Source: an uncultured bacterium (lineage in GTDB: Bacteria; Krumholzibacteriota; Krumholzibacteriia; Krumholzibacteriales; Krumholzibacteriaceae). Taken from it: 64,000 bases of DNA. How positions within the stretch are numbered: position 1 is the stretch's first letter; every line of letters starts with the position of its first letter. Shown here piece after piece: positions 1-10,708 of the stretch. Location: assembly GCA_963786935.1 (NCBI GenBank), contig CAWBAN010000001.1, positions 1,408,001 through 1,472,000 on the forward strand. Direction: 5' to 3'. The position numbers were made by a program, and so were the translations under genes. The notes under the pieces were generated by a model. The model worked only from the letters and a program-made list of their open reading frames with translations. It was not told the origin of the DNA and searched no databases.

Positions 1-235
1 CGTTGACCGGCGAAGCGAGGAGCGTGATCCTCGCGTCTCCGAAGCGCGCCCGGAGCCCTCGGAACGCCGGAACGGCGAGGAGCATGTCTCCCATCTGGTG
101 GTGCTGCCTGATGACGAGGAGCCGCCTAACCGGCATGAGCTCGAATTCCCGGGCGGTCATGCGGCGCTTCGACAGAAAGAGGGAGACGAGGCGCGCGAGC
201 GCCAGTTTCCCCCGCCTCTCGATCCCTTTGATCAT
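1..235 (-). CDS. Glycosyltransferase family 9 (heptosyltransferase-like), 5' part; runs off the window start
   Basis: Manual translation from ATG at 235 after a GGAGGAG SD: MIKGIERRGK...RRLLVIRQHHQMGDMLLAVPAFRGLRARFGDARITLL, the typical GT9 N-terminus (xxGD motif). Confidence 0.8.
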   Translation of the reverse strand, partial: MIKGIERRGKLALARLVSLFLSKRRMTAREFELMPVRRLLVIRQHHQMGDMLLAVPAFRGLRARFGDARITLLASPVN

Positions 236-428
236 CGGCTCCTCCGAAAAAAAGAAAAATCGCCGGAACTTTTTTCGCCCCCTCGCGTATTACCCCCAGA
301 GAGCGGGTGTTTTACCCCCATCCCACAATCCCTTCTTGCGGATGGCGGCCTCCCCCAAAAGGCCGCCATCATCTTTTTCGGCCCCGGGGAGGCGCCCGCC
401 CGCGGCGCCGGCTTCGTGAAAACGGCGC

Positions 429-1382
429 TCATGCCTGCCGCTTCAGGCTCCGCTCGTCGGGCACGCTTTCGAGGATCTTGAGATAGCTCTCGAACCGCCC
501 GCGCGCGATGTCCCCCCGCTCGACCGCGTCCTTCACGGCGCAATCGGGCTCGTGACTGTGCGTGCAGGTCGCGAAGCGGCAGCCGTCGCGGTACGGGGCG
601 AAATCGCGGAAGAATCCCGCAAGCTTCTCCTTCGACACGCCCCAGATGCCGAACTCCCGGACTCCCGGCGTGTCGCCGAGGTACCCGCCCCGCGCGAGGG
701 GATGAATCTCGAAATGGCTCGTCGTATGCGTCCCCTTGCCGGTCCGCGCGCTCACGCTTCCCACGGCCAGCTCGAGGCCGGGCTGCACGCGGGAGACGAG
801 CGAGCTCTTCCCGCTCCCCGAAGGCCCCGTGAAGATCGAGAGCTTGCCGGCGAGCGCCCCCGCGAGCTCGTCGACTCCTTCCCCGGTGCGGGCGCTCGCG
901 CAGACGCACGCGTACCCCATCGTCCGGTAGGGGGCGAGCGACTCGTCGATGCCGGAGCGGGCATCGGCGAGATCCATCTTGTTGACGCAGATGAGCGCAT
1001 CCATGGAGCCGCACGACGCCGAGACGAGCATGCGGTCGAGGAGCCGCAGGTTCAGCGCGGGCTCCTTCACCGCGAAGACGAGGATCGTCTGATCCATGTT
1101 GGCGCCGAGGATCCGGTATCCCTTCCGCTGCGACGGATCGGTCCGTGCGAGGATCGACCGCCGGGCCTCGAGCTCGACGATCACCCCCTGCCGCGCACCG
1201 CCGCCGCGCTCGACCCTGACCTGCACGATGTCGCCGACGACGGGCAGCACTTCCTCGGGCACGCTCCCGAGACGAAACCGCCCGCGGAGCGAGCAACGAA
1301 TCTCCCCGGAGCCGGTTTCGACGAAGAACGCCGCACCCTTGCCCCGAACGACGAGCCCTCGAATGATCTCCATAGCCTCCAT
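429..1382 (-). CDS. rsgA: Ribosome small subunit-dependent GTPase A
   Basis: OB-fold PVVGD, circularly permuted GTPase motifs NKMD, GPSGSGKSS, GTHTT, DTPG, and C-terminal CRFATCTHSHEPDC zinc finger; start 1382 or 1373. Confidence 0.95.
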   Translation of the reverse strand: MEAMEIIRGLVVRGKGAAFFVETGSGEIRCSLRGRFRLGSVPEEVLPVVGDIVQVRVERGGGARQGVIVELEARRSILARTDPSQRKGYRILGANMDQTILVFAVKEPALNLRLLDRMLVSASCGSMDALICVNKMDLADARSGIDESLAPYRTMGYACVCASARTGEGVDELAGALAGKLSIFTGPSGSGKSSLVSRVQPGLELAVGSVSARTGKGTHTTSHFEIHPLARGGYLGDTPGVREFGIWGVSKEKLAGFFRDFAPYRDGCRFATCTHSHEPDCAVKDAVERGDIARGRFESYLKILESVPDERSLKRQA

Positions 1383-1502
1383 GGCGCGAACATCCCTTTC
1401 CCGCGCGCGAAAATCCCTCATCGAGCGTAGCAAAATTATTTTCCCCTAAAAAGGTGAAATTGTTATAGAATGTTCAACGGGGCATGCTATATTATGAGGA
1501 GT

Positions 1503-1970
1503 ATGGAAGCAAGCAAGCTGATTTCGTTCTTCGAAGAGGATCTTTGCATATTTCATCTCCGGTCGCGCAAGAAGATGAGCGTGCTCCAGGAGATCGTGCA
1601 TCATCTCGCCCTCAAGAACAAAATATCGGACGAGAACTTCATCATCGACATGCTGAAGAACCGCGAGAGCCTCGGCAGCACCGGGCTCGGCAACGGCGTC
1701 GCGTTCCCGCACGGACGCTCGCTCGCCATCAAGGAGCTCTCCGTGCTCTTCGCCCGTTCGGCGTCCGGAATCGATTTCGACGCGCTCGACGGAAAACCGA
1801 CGCGGGTCTTCTTTCTCATTCTCGCTCCGTCCGACAAGGGTTCCGAGACGTACCTCGCGATCCTGAGCGAGCTCATCGGCCTCATCCAGAAGCCCGCGAA
1901 GCTCAAGAGCCTCTACGAGGTCACCGACTACCCGTCGCTCGTGAAGATTCTGGAGGATAAGGATCTGTGA
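1503..1970 (+). CDS. PTS EIIA (Ntr/fructose type) domain protein
   Basis: RESLGSTGLGNGVAFPHGR with the phospho-His, GIDFDALDG; GAGGAG SD. Confidence 0.9.
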   Translation: MEASKLISFFEEDLCIFHLRSRKKMSVLQEIVHHLALKNKISDENFIIDMLKNRESLGSTGLGNGVAFPHGRSLAIKELSVLFARSASGIDFDALDGKPTRVFFLILAPSDKGSETYLAILSELIGLIQKPAKLKSLYEVTDYPSLVKILEDKDL

Positions 1971-2311
1971 GAGACGAGCACCGGCTCCTCATCGCCCTGC
2001 AGGACCTCGACATCATGATCAAAGAGGTGAAGGACAAGGCTACCTCCAAGGAGCTTCAGAGCCTCGGATTCAAGCTCACCGGCCTGAACGAGCTGCAGGA
2101 GGCGAGGGAAAAGATCGCGAAGAAGACGCCGAAGGGGCTCCTGCAGCGCTACGAGAAACTCACCGAGCATTTCACCGTCGCGATTCTTCCCGTCACGGGA
2201 AATCTCTGCCTCGGATGCTTCGTCAAGCTGCCCACCTCGTTCTTCTCCGCGGTGAGCAGGAACGAGCTCCAGACGTGCGAGAACTGCGGAAGGCTGCTGT
2301 ACATTCCGTAG
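1967..2311 (+). CDS. Coiled-coil/C4-type zinc ribbon protein
   Basis: LIALQDLD N-terminus, CLGC...CENCGRLLY; GTGA overlap with the upstream gene. Confidence 0.85.
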   Translation: MRDEHRLLIALQDLDIMIKEVKDKATSKELQSLGFKLTGLNELQEAREKIAKKTPKGLLQRYEKLTEHFTVAILPVTGNLCLGCFVKLPTSFFSAVSRNELQTCENCGRLLYIP

Positions 2312-2429
2312 GCTCCCATCGGCTCACAAGAGCCCGACGCGAGTTTTTCCAACTTCTTCTTGATAAACCCGCCGCCTTCAGGTAAAGTATTTTAACCAGG
2401 CAAGAAACTTAACGAACGCGGGGCTTCTC

Positions 2430-5400
2430 ATGCAGAACGACAAGACCGGGGACGCGCTCAATGCGAGGTATTCCATCCGGAAAACGCTCGGCGATTATCC
2501 TCCGTGGCGCGGCTACAGCGTCACCGACTCCCTGAGCGAGCGGGAGTATCTCCTGTTCTCGGTCGACACGCCGCAGGGCGTCTCCTTGTCGATTGAAGAT
2601 CTCCGGATGCGGGATTATCTCTTTTCCCGGTCGGGGAAGCTCGCGCAACCGGTCATCTCGCTCCAGCAAACGAACGGCTCGATTACGTTCCTCCTTCCCC
2701 ATGCGGACATCGTCCCCCTGGCGGATGCGCTTCCCCGGATGAAGCCGGCCGCGGCCGCCGAAGTCGTGCGCGCGATCGCCTCCTTCATCCGCGCCCGCCT
2801 CGCTGAGGGGCTCCGTTTCTGCAATCTTACGATCGATTCATTTCATCTGTCGAACGGCGAGCCGGCCCTGCTCCCCGTCGCGTACCTGCTCCCCGGCGAA
2901 TGCCTCCGCCGCATGACGGAAAACCGGTGGGCCGCCGCGGAACGCGCGGGCGCGCCCGTCGGGGATCTTCGCGCCGCGGGAGCCGTTCTCGCAGGCCTCG
3001 CGCCCGCGCTCGATGACGAAACCGCTTCCCGGATCGAGCGACTCGCCGTTCGACTCCGAGCGCTCGATCCCGCGGCGCCGGAGACGGAAATCCGCGCCGC
3101 ACTCGACGAACTCGCCGCCTGCGCCGGCGAGAACCTCCCCCAGGACCGTTTCATGCCGCCGGATTTCGCCGAGGCCACTCCCCCGGCAGCGGTCGTTCGC
3201 GCGATGCGGCACGCCGCGCTCAAGGCGCGCGACGGCGAAAAGCAGCTCGTGATCGTGACCGGCGCGCGCGGAGGGGGCAAGACGCGCTTCCTGGAATTCG
3301 TCTCCGACCGCCTCGTGAACGAATGGGGCTTCCGCCACGGCCTCATCGCGGGGGATCTGGCCCTCTACCAGGATTCCGCCGAACGGGAACCGGGCGATCC
3401 CCGCGATTTCGTCATCGTCGATGACCACGCGGACGAGCCGCTGCTGGCGTGTCATGTCGTCGATTTCGCGTGCCAGGCGCTCGAGCGCTGCAATCTCGTC
3501 GTCATCTCATCGGGCGAGGACGCGCCGGTCGTCGCGCGGTACCTTCGGGAGGAAGTGTCGAGACGGCACATCGAGATACGGGAGATCGAGCTTCCCGCTC
3601 CCGCCCGCCGGCGGGAAGATCGGGTGCCGGGAACGGACGGTCCGGGACCGCTCGACGACCTCTCCGGCGAGGAGCGTTCGGTCCTCGCGTTTCTCGCGGT
3701 CTTCGGATTCGAAGCGCCGCTCTCGTTCCTGCTCGGCATTTTCGCGCCGGAGGAAAACGGGATTTTCGCCGCGCTCCAGGGCCTCGTCGCCCGCGGTCTC
3801 GTGAAATCGCGCGTCGAGATCTCGAGCCTCGCCGGCGGAGCGCTCGCGAGCGTTTACGCGCCGGCGGGCGGCTCGATCGCCCGCGAAGCCCTGGCGAGCC
3901 TGCCCCCGGAGCGGCGGGAATCGATCCACCGGAGCATCGCGCGCCTCCTCGCGGAAACGCGGAACGCGCCCTCGCTCTACACCTTCTTCCATCTCGCCCG
4001 AAGCGGGGCCCGCGAGGAAGCCGCGCTCAAGGGGCTCGAAACGCTGCGGTCCTTCATGAAACGGAAGAAGCTCGCCGCGCTCGCCTGCTTCAACGCGAGC
4101 TTCATGGACGAGAAGCTCGACCGGATGCTCCCCGACGACGTGCGCTTCGGCCTCTACCTCGATCTCGGCAACCACTTCTCTCTGACGGGAAACATGGAGC
4201 GCGCGGAGTGCTTCTTCAACCAGTGCCGCGAGGAGATACCCCGCGTGAAGAGTCCCGAGCGATTCCGGCACCTCGCCGTCGAGGCCGCACGGCGCGAGAG
4301 CGAGATCCTCGAGAAGCGGGGGGAGTTCCTCAAGGCGGAGAAACTCCTCGAAAAGGCGCTCGAGACCCACGGAGAGCAGCTCCTCTCGGGGGAACGCGCC
4401 AAGCTCTACAACGACATCGCGTGGATCCACTACCGGCTCGGCGCCTTCGACCGTTCCTGGGAGCATTGCCTCGTCGTGCACAAGCTGCTCGACGAGAAAC
4501 AGAATCCGGCCGAGATCGCGCAGGCGTACAACCTCATGGGGACGATCAATTGGAACCGGAGCCGGTACGACGACGCGATCCTCTGCTACAAGCGATGCCT
4601 CGTGCTCCGCGAGGAGTGCGGCGACGAGATCGGCATCGCGGCGAACTACAACAACCTCGGCCTCGTGTACCGTTCCCTCGGACTGTTCGCCGATGCGCTC
4701 GATTGTTTCAAGAAAAGCATGGAGATCAAGAGGCGGCACGAGAATCTTCCGGGTCTCGCCGCCGCCCATCTGAACCTCGCGCTCGTGTACCTCGATCTCG
4801 AGAAGATCAAGGACGCCGAACGGAGCTGCGTCACCGCCGTGCGCCTCGCCGAGGAGATCGGCAATCAGCAGCTGCTCGCCGAATCGCACGGCACGATGGG
4901 CGAGATATGGTTCCTCCAGGGAAATTACGAGAAGGCGCAGGGCTGCTACGCGAGGGATCTGCAGCTCTGCGACAAGACGAAATCGCTCCGCGAGCGGGCC
5001 GTCGTCTACCGGAAACTCGGCGATCTCAATTTCGCTCTCGGGAAGATCCCTGAAACGCGCGAGCTCCTCGCGCTCGCGCGCTCCCTCAACCAGAAGATCG
5101 GCTCGCGCCTCGAGACGGCGCTCCTCAGCCTGCTCGAGGGGAGGATTCTCCTCGCCGAGGGGAAGCGCGAAGACGGCCGAGACAAGCTCGAGGGAGCGAG
5201 CCTCGAGCTCTCGCTCCTCGGTAAGAAGAAGGCCGCTTCCGCCGTCGCCGCCGAGATCGGGGTGCTCTACCTCGAGGAGGGCAACGAGCCGCTCGCGCGG
5301 GATTACCTCCTGCGCGCGATGTCGCTCGTCGCGGCCGGCGATCAGCCCCCGCTGCAGGCGCGCTCGCTCCAGGACGCGCTCGACGCGCGGAGCCCTCTGA

Positions 5401-6968
5401 GCCGCGATCAGATCGTGAGCGACGCGGACCGGTTTCAGGCGCTCATCAGGCTCACCTCGCTCGTGCGATCGGCCCGCGATCAGGATACCCTCCGGAGCAC
5501 GATCGTCGATTCGGCGCGGCGGATCGCCGCGATGGACCGCGCGGCGCTCCTCATGAAGGACGAGGGGCACGATTCGTTCCGCGTCGCCGCGTCGGGAGGC
5601 GGATTCACGGCGGGGAGCCTGCTCGCCGACCGGAACATCGCGGCCGTGCTCTCGTTGACGCTCCGGCTCGGATTCCCGCTCGACGTCACGCGCACGACGA
5701 TGCCGGAAAGCAAGATTTCCCGCGAGTTCCTCGACGAGCATCCGCGCCTCATCTGCGTCCCGCTGCGTCTGCAGGGAGACACGGCGGAGTTCCTCTACCT
5801 CGATTCGACGCGGAGCGCCGCACGGACGTCCGACGAGGACCACAGCCTGCTCCTCGCCTTCGGCCAGGAGGCGGGCGCGGCGCTCGAAAGGCTGACGCTC
5901 GTCGACCGGATCGACCGGCTCGAGAAATCGCGCTCGGCCGTGAAGAGCCCGATCGCGCGGCCCACGGAGCACGTCGCGCTCCAACGGCTCGTGGGATCGT
6001 CCCCCCCGATGCGGCATATCGCCGAGCTCATCGAGGGAATCAAGGACATGGATACGACGGTCCTCCTCACGGGATCGAACGGAACGGGCAAGGATCTCAT
6101 CGCCAAGATGATTCATTACGGCGGGAGCCGCGCCGCGCGGCCCTTCGTCTCGCTCAACTGCTCGGCGATCCCCGACGAGCTGCTCGAAAGCGAGCTCTTC
6201 GGCCACGAGAAGGGCACGTTCACGGGCGCGGTCCGGCAGCGCATCGGCCATTTCGAATCGGCGAACGGCGGCACGCTCTTCCTCAACGAGATCGGAGACA
6301 TGCCGCTCCGGCTCCAGCCGAAGCTCCTCCACGTCCTCGAGAACCAGCAATTTTACCGGCTTGGGGGGACGCAGACGATCTCGACGAACGTCCGCATCAT
6401 CACCGCCACGAACAAGGATCTCCTCGGACTCGTGCGGGAGGGCGGATTCCGGGAGGATCTCTACTACCGCGTCAACATCTTCCCGATCCGCGTTCCGGAT
6501 CTCAAGGAGCGCATCGAGGACATCGAGCCGCTGTGCAACCACTTCCTGATGACCTTCTGCAGACTGTACGGCATTCCGCCGAAGAAGATATCCTCCGAGG
6601 CGATGTCGCTCCTCACCGCCTACGATTGGCCGGGGAACGTGCGGGAGCTCGAGAACCTCGTGAACCGGATCATCATCATCTCGAAGAAGGAAACGATTCT
6701 CCCCGAGGACCTGCCGGACGTCATCCTGCGGCGTCCCGAAAGCGCGCGCGCGCAGTCGCGCGCGACGATCGAGGAAACGGTCGACTCGCTGCTCGAAAAC
6801 GTCGAGTTGACGACGGGCGATCCGATCCTTCCCCGGATCGAGGGAATGATCGTGAGCAAGGTCGTCGAGAAGATCGGCGACAAGACGAAGGCGGCCGCGG
6901 TGCTCGGAATATCGAAACCCACCGTCTACGCGAAGCTGAAGAAGTATGGAAAGAACAAAACCGCGTAG
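2430..6968 (+). CDS. Multidomain sigma54-interacting transcriptional regulator (degenerate kinase-like, P-loop, TPR, GAF, AAA+, Fis HTH)
   Basis: GARGGGKT P-loop, TPRs (AYNLMG, YNNLGLVY), ESELFGHEKGTFTGA, FREDLYYR, WPGNVRELEN, C-terminal AAAVLGISKPTVYAKL. Confidence 0.9.
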   Translation: MQNDKTGDALNARYSIRKTLGDYPPWRGYSVTDSLSEREYLLFSVDTPQGVSLSIEDLRMRDYLFSRSGKLAQPVISLQQTNGSITFLLPHADIVPLADALPRMKPAAAAEVVRAIASFIRARLAEGLRFCNLTIDSFHLSNGEPALLPVAYLLPGECLRRMTENRWAAAERAGAPVGDLRAAGAVLAGLAPALDDETASRIERLAVRLRALDPAAPETEIRAALDELAACAGENLPQDRFMPPDFAEATPPAAVVRAMRHAALKARDGEKQLVIVTGARGGGKTRFLEFVSDRLVNEWGFRHGLIAGDLALYQDSAEREPGDPRDFVIVDDHADEPLLACHVVDFACQALERCNLVVISSGEDAPVVARYLREEVSRRHIEIREIELPAPARRREDRVPGTDGPGPLDDLSGEERSVLAFLAVFGFEAPLSFLLGIFAPEENGIFAALQGLVARGLVKSRVEISSLAGGALASVYAPAGGSIAREALASLPPERRESIHRSIARLLAETRNAPSLYTFFHLARSGAREEAALKGLETLRSFMKRKKLAALACFNASFMDEKLDRMLPDDVRFGLYLDLGNHFSLTGNMERAECFFNQCREEIPRVKSPERFRHLAVEAARRESEILEKRGEFLKAEKLLEKALETHGEQLLSGERAKLYNDIAWIHYRLGAFDRSWEHCLVVHKLLDEKQNPAEIAQAYNLMGTINWNRSRYDDAILCYKRCLVLREECGDEIGIAANYNNLGLVYRSLGLFADALDCFKKSMEIKRRHENLPGLAAAHLNLALVYLDLEKIKDAERSCVTAVRLAEEIGNQQLLAESHGTMGEIWFLQGNYEKAQGCYARDLQLCDKTKSLRERAVVYRKLGDLNFALGKIPETRELLALARSLNQKIGSRLETALLSLLEGRILLAEGKREDGRDKLEGASLELSLLGKKKAASAVAAEIGVLYLEEGNEPLARDYLLRAMSLVAAGDQPPLQARSLQDALDARSPLSRDQIVSDADRFQALIRLTSLVRSARDQDTLRSTIVDSARRIAAMDRAALLMKDEGHDSFRVAASGGGFTAGSLLADRNIAAVLSLTLRLGFPLDVTRTTMPESKISREFLDEHPRLICVPLRLQGDTAEFLYLDSTRSAARTSDEDHSLLLAFGQEAGAALERLTLVDRIDRLEKSRSAVKSPIARPTEHVALQRLVGSSPPMRHIAELIEGIKDMDTTVLLTGSNGTGKDLIAKMIHYGGSRAARPFVSLNCSAIPDELLESELFGHEKGTFTGAVRQRIGHFESANGGTLFLNEIGDMPLRLQPKLLHVLENQQFYRLGGTQTISTNVRIITATNKDLLGLVREGGFREDLYYRVNIFPIRVPDLKERIEDIEPLCNHFLMTFCRLYGIPPKKISSEAMSLLTAYDWPGNVRELENLVNRIIIISKKETILPEDLPDVILRRPESARAQSRATIEETVDSLLENVELTTGDPILPRIEGMIVSKVVEKIGDKTKAAAVLGISKPTVYAKLKKYGKNKTA

Positions 6969-7968
6969 CCGCTCGCCCCTGATCGTGCCGGCGCTCGTGG
7001 TCCTCGCCGCCCTCGCCGCCGTCTACCTCCCGATCCGTCTGGGCATCGCGAAGTCCGATCGCGCGCGCGAGGCGCCCACCCGGGGCGCCGCCGTCAGCGT
7101 GTTCCTCACGAATCAGCTCGCGGGCTACCGCGAGCCGTGCGGTTGAAAGAAGGACAAGCAATGCGGGATGGCCCGGTGGGCCTCCCTCGTCGATCAACGG
7201 CGGAGCGAGCGGGCGACGATCCTCATCGACGCCGGCGATTTTTCGCTGCCTCCCGATACGAGGAACCGCGATTTCAAGGAGCGGTATTTCTTCGAGGCGA
7301 TGAAGCTTCTCCGGTACGACGCCGTCGCCGTCGGCGACGGCGAAACGCGCGACGGGCTCCTCGCGGCCGCCGAACGTCTCCGCCTGCCGCTCGTGAGCTC
7401 GAACATCCGCGACCGTGCGACGGGAGAACCGGTGGCCGCCGAATCGATCGTCAAGGAGGTCGGCGGCTCCCGGACGCTCTTCGGACGCCGGGGCGCCGTG
7501 CGCGTCGGCATCTTCTCGGTCGTGCTTCCGTCCTTCGTTCACCGGGCCGGCCGGGACGGACGTCCGCAGTACAACGTACTGGATCCGAAGCTCTCGTCGC
7601 TCGCCGCGGCGGCGAATCTGCGCGCCCGGGGATGCGATCTCGTCATCGCGGTGAGCCACCTCGGGTGGCGAAACAGCCTCGAGCTCGCGCGGGACGTGCC
7701 GGGGATCGATCTCGTCCTGAACGGGCATCGCGAGCACGCGCGGACGCACCTGGAACGCGTCGGCTCGACGGCCGTCGTCGACGCGGGGGAAACGGAATGG
7801 TCGTTCTCCGAGGTGTCCGTGACGTTCGAGGGCGATTCGCTCGGCATCGCCGCGGCGAACGTCTGCGGCGAGGCGCTCGGGATGCGCGCCGATCCGAGGT
7901 TCGTCGAGATCCAGGAGAAATACGCCGAGGCGCTGCGGCGTCTTTCCGGCGGCGCCGCGAAGCGATAG
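6946..7968 (+). CDS. UshA/5'-nucleotidase N-terminal-like selenoprotein, 340 aa, Sec at TGA 7144-7146 (EPCGU)
   Basis: ORFs 6946-7146 and 7168-7968 are in the same frame, separated only by TGA. Joined sequence ...GYREPCG-U-KKDKQCGMARW...DAGD...VSSN...VSHLG...GIDLVLNGH is one calcineurin-like domain; a hairpin follows. Confidence 0.85.
7165..7186 (+). promoter_or_regulatory. Putative SECIS hairpin
   Basis: GGGA(T)GGCCC-GGT-GGGCC-TCCC; G-starting loop begins 29 nt after the UGA. Confidence 0.65.
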
Positions 7969-8109
7969 CCCCGAGGTCTCTCCGCCCGGCCCCCGGCCGC
8001 GCTCCCGGCCGGCGTCGTTTTTGCTTTGCGCGCCGGCGCGGACGGCGCTACAATCATTCCCGGGAAACCAGCGCGTATCCATCATGAAAATGAAAGAAGG
8101 TGAGTCGTC

Positions 8110-9063
8110 ATGAAGAGAACCGTCGCGATGCTCGCTGCGTTCACGGCTCTCGTCGCCGTCTGGGCCGGCGATCTCCCGGCGGCGGCTCCCGCCGCGCTCC
8201 TCCTTTCGTTCACCGGCGACGTCTCCGTCCACCGGAGCGACGGCGCCGTCGTCAAAGCCTCGTACGGCCTGCAGCTCGACGCGGGAGACGAGGTTCGCAC
8301 GGGGCCGAAGGGCGAGGCGGAAATCCATTTCGAGAACGGAACGTGGGTCAAGCTCGGCCCGGGGAGCGAATTGAAAATCAAGGGGAGCGGCGCGGCGAAA
8401 CGGGCGGCGGAGCCGCCGGATACGAAAGGCAGCTTCGAATCGCTTTCGGATTTTCTCAAGCTCCGGGACGCCGGAGGCGTGAGCACGCTCGCGGCGCTCC
8501 GATCGGGGGGAAAACGGCCCGAGATCCGTCTCGAGTCGCCGTGCCAGACGAGGGTGCGCGACGGCCGGCCTTCCTTCGCGTGGAGCGCGACCGACTCGAC
8601 CGCCGAGCTCAGGCTCAAGCTCTACGACGAGGGCGGCGTCCGCTGGCAGCAGGACGTCAAAGGCGCGCGCGAGATCCGGTATCCAGCCGACCGGGAACCG
8701 CTCGTCGCCGGAATCGCGTACTCGTGGACCCTCGAAACGACCGATCCGCTCAAGTTTCCCCCGCTCCGAACGCAGGCGGCGTTCTTCGAGGTGATGCCGT
8801 CTGACGAAGCGCGGCGGGTCGAGGCGGCGGTCGGCGCCGTCGACCGCGCGTCGATCCCGAGCGAATCGGCCTACCGCATCGTGCTCGCGAGCATCTACTT
8901 CGACCACCGGCTCCTCGACGACGCGATCGCCGAAACGGCGGGCGCGCTCGCGATCGATCCGGGCAACCGGGATCTCCATGCGATCCTCGCGCGGCTCTAC
9001 GCGGAGACGGGACGATCGGAAGAAGCGATGAGCGAGTACGACAAGCTCCTCGAGAAGCGCTGA
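8110..9063 (+). CDS. Secreted FecR-like domain + TPR protein
   Basis: Signal peptide, LDAGDEVRTG...AEIHFENGTWVKLGPGSEL (FecR-like), C-terminal TPR. Confidence 0.75.
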   Translation: MKRTVAMLAAFTALVAVWAGDLPAAAPAALLLSFTGDVSVHRSDGAVVKASYGLQLDAGDEVRTGPKGEAEIHFENGTWVKLGPGSELKIKGSGAAKRAAEPPDTKGSFESLSDFLKLRDAGGVSTLAALRSGGKRPEIRLESPCQTRVRDGRPSFAWSATDSTAELRLKLYDEGGVRWQQDVKGAREIRYPADREPLVAGIAYSWTLETTDPLKFPPLRTQAAFFEVMPSDEARRVEAAVGAVDRASIPSESAYRIVLASIYFDHRLLDDAIAETAGALAIDPGNRDLHAILARLYAETGRSEEAMSEYDKLLEKR

Positions 9064-9102
9064 AGGCGCGGCGGCTCACCCTCGCTTCACGGGACGCGCG
9101 AT

Positions 9103-10626
<1,524 letters not shown>

Positions 10627-10708
10627 AGCGAGGCCGCCCACCGGGCGGCCCCGCTCATTGCTCCGCCGCGCGATCGCATCCGGGCGCCTGCCGCCGCGAA
10701 TGCCGACG

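Noticed and set aside
3507..6542. Long antisense/alternate-frame ORFs (also 11411-14092, 15815-18523, 36434-39367, 50458-53490)
   Set aside because: Shadow ORFs of high-GC coding sequence that overlap well-supported genes and carry no motifs
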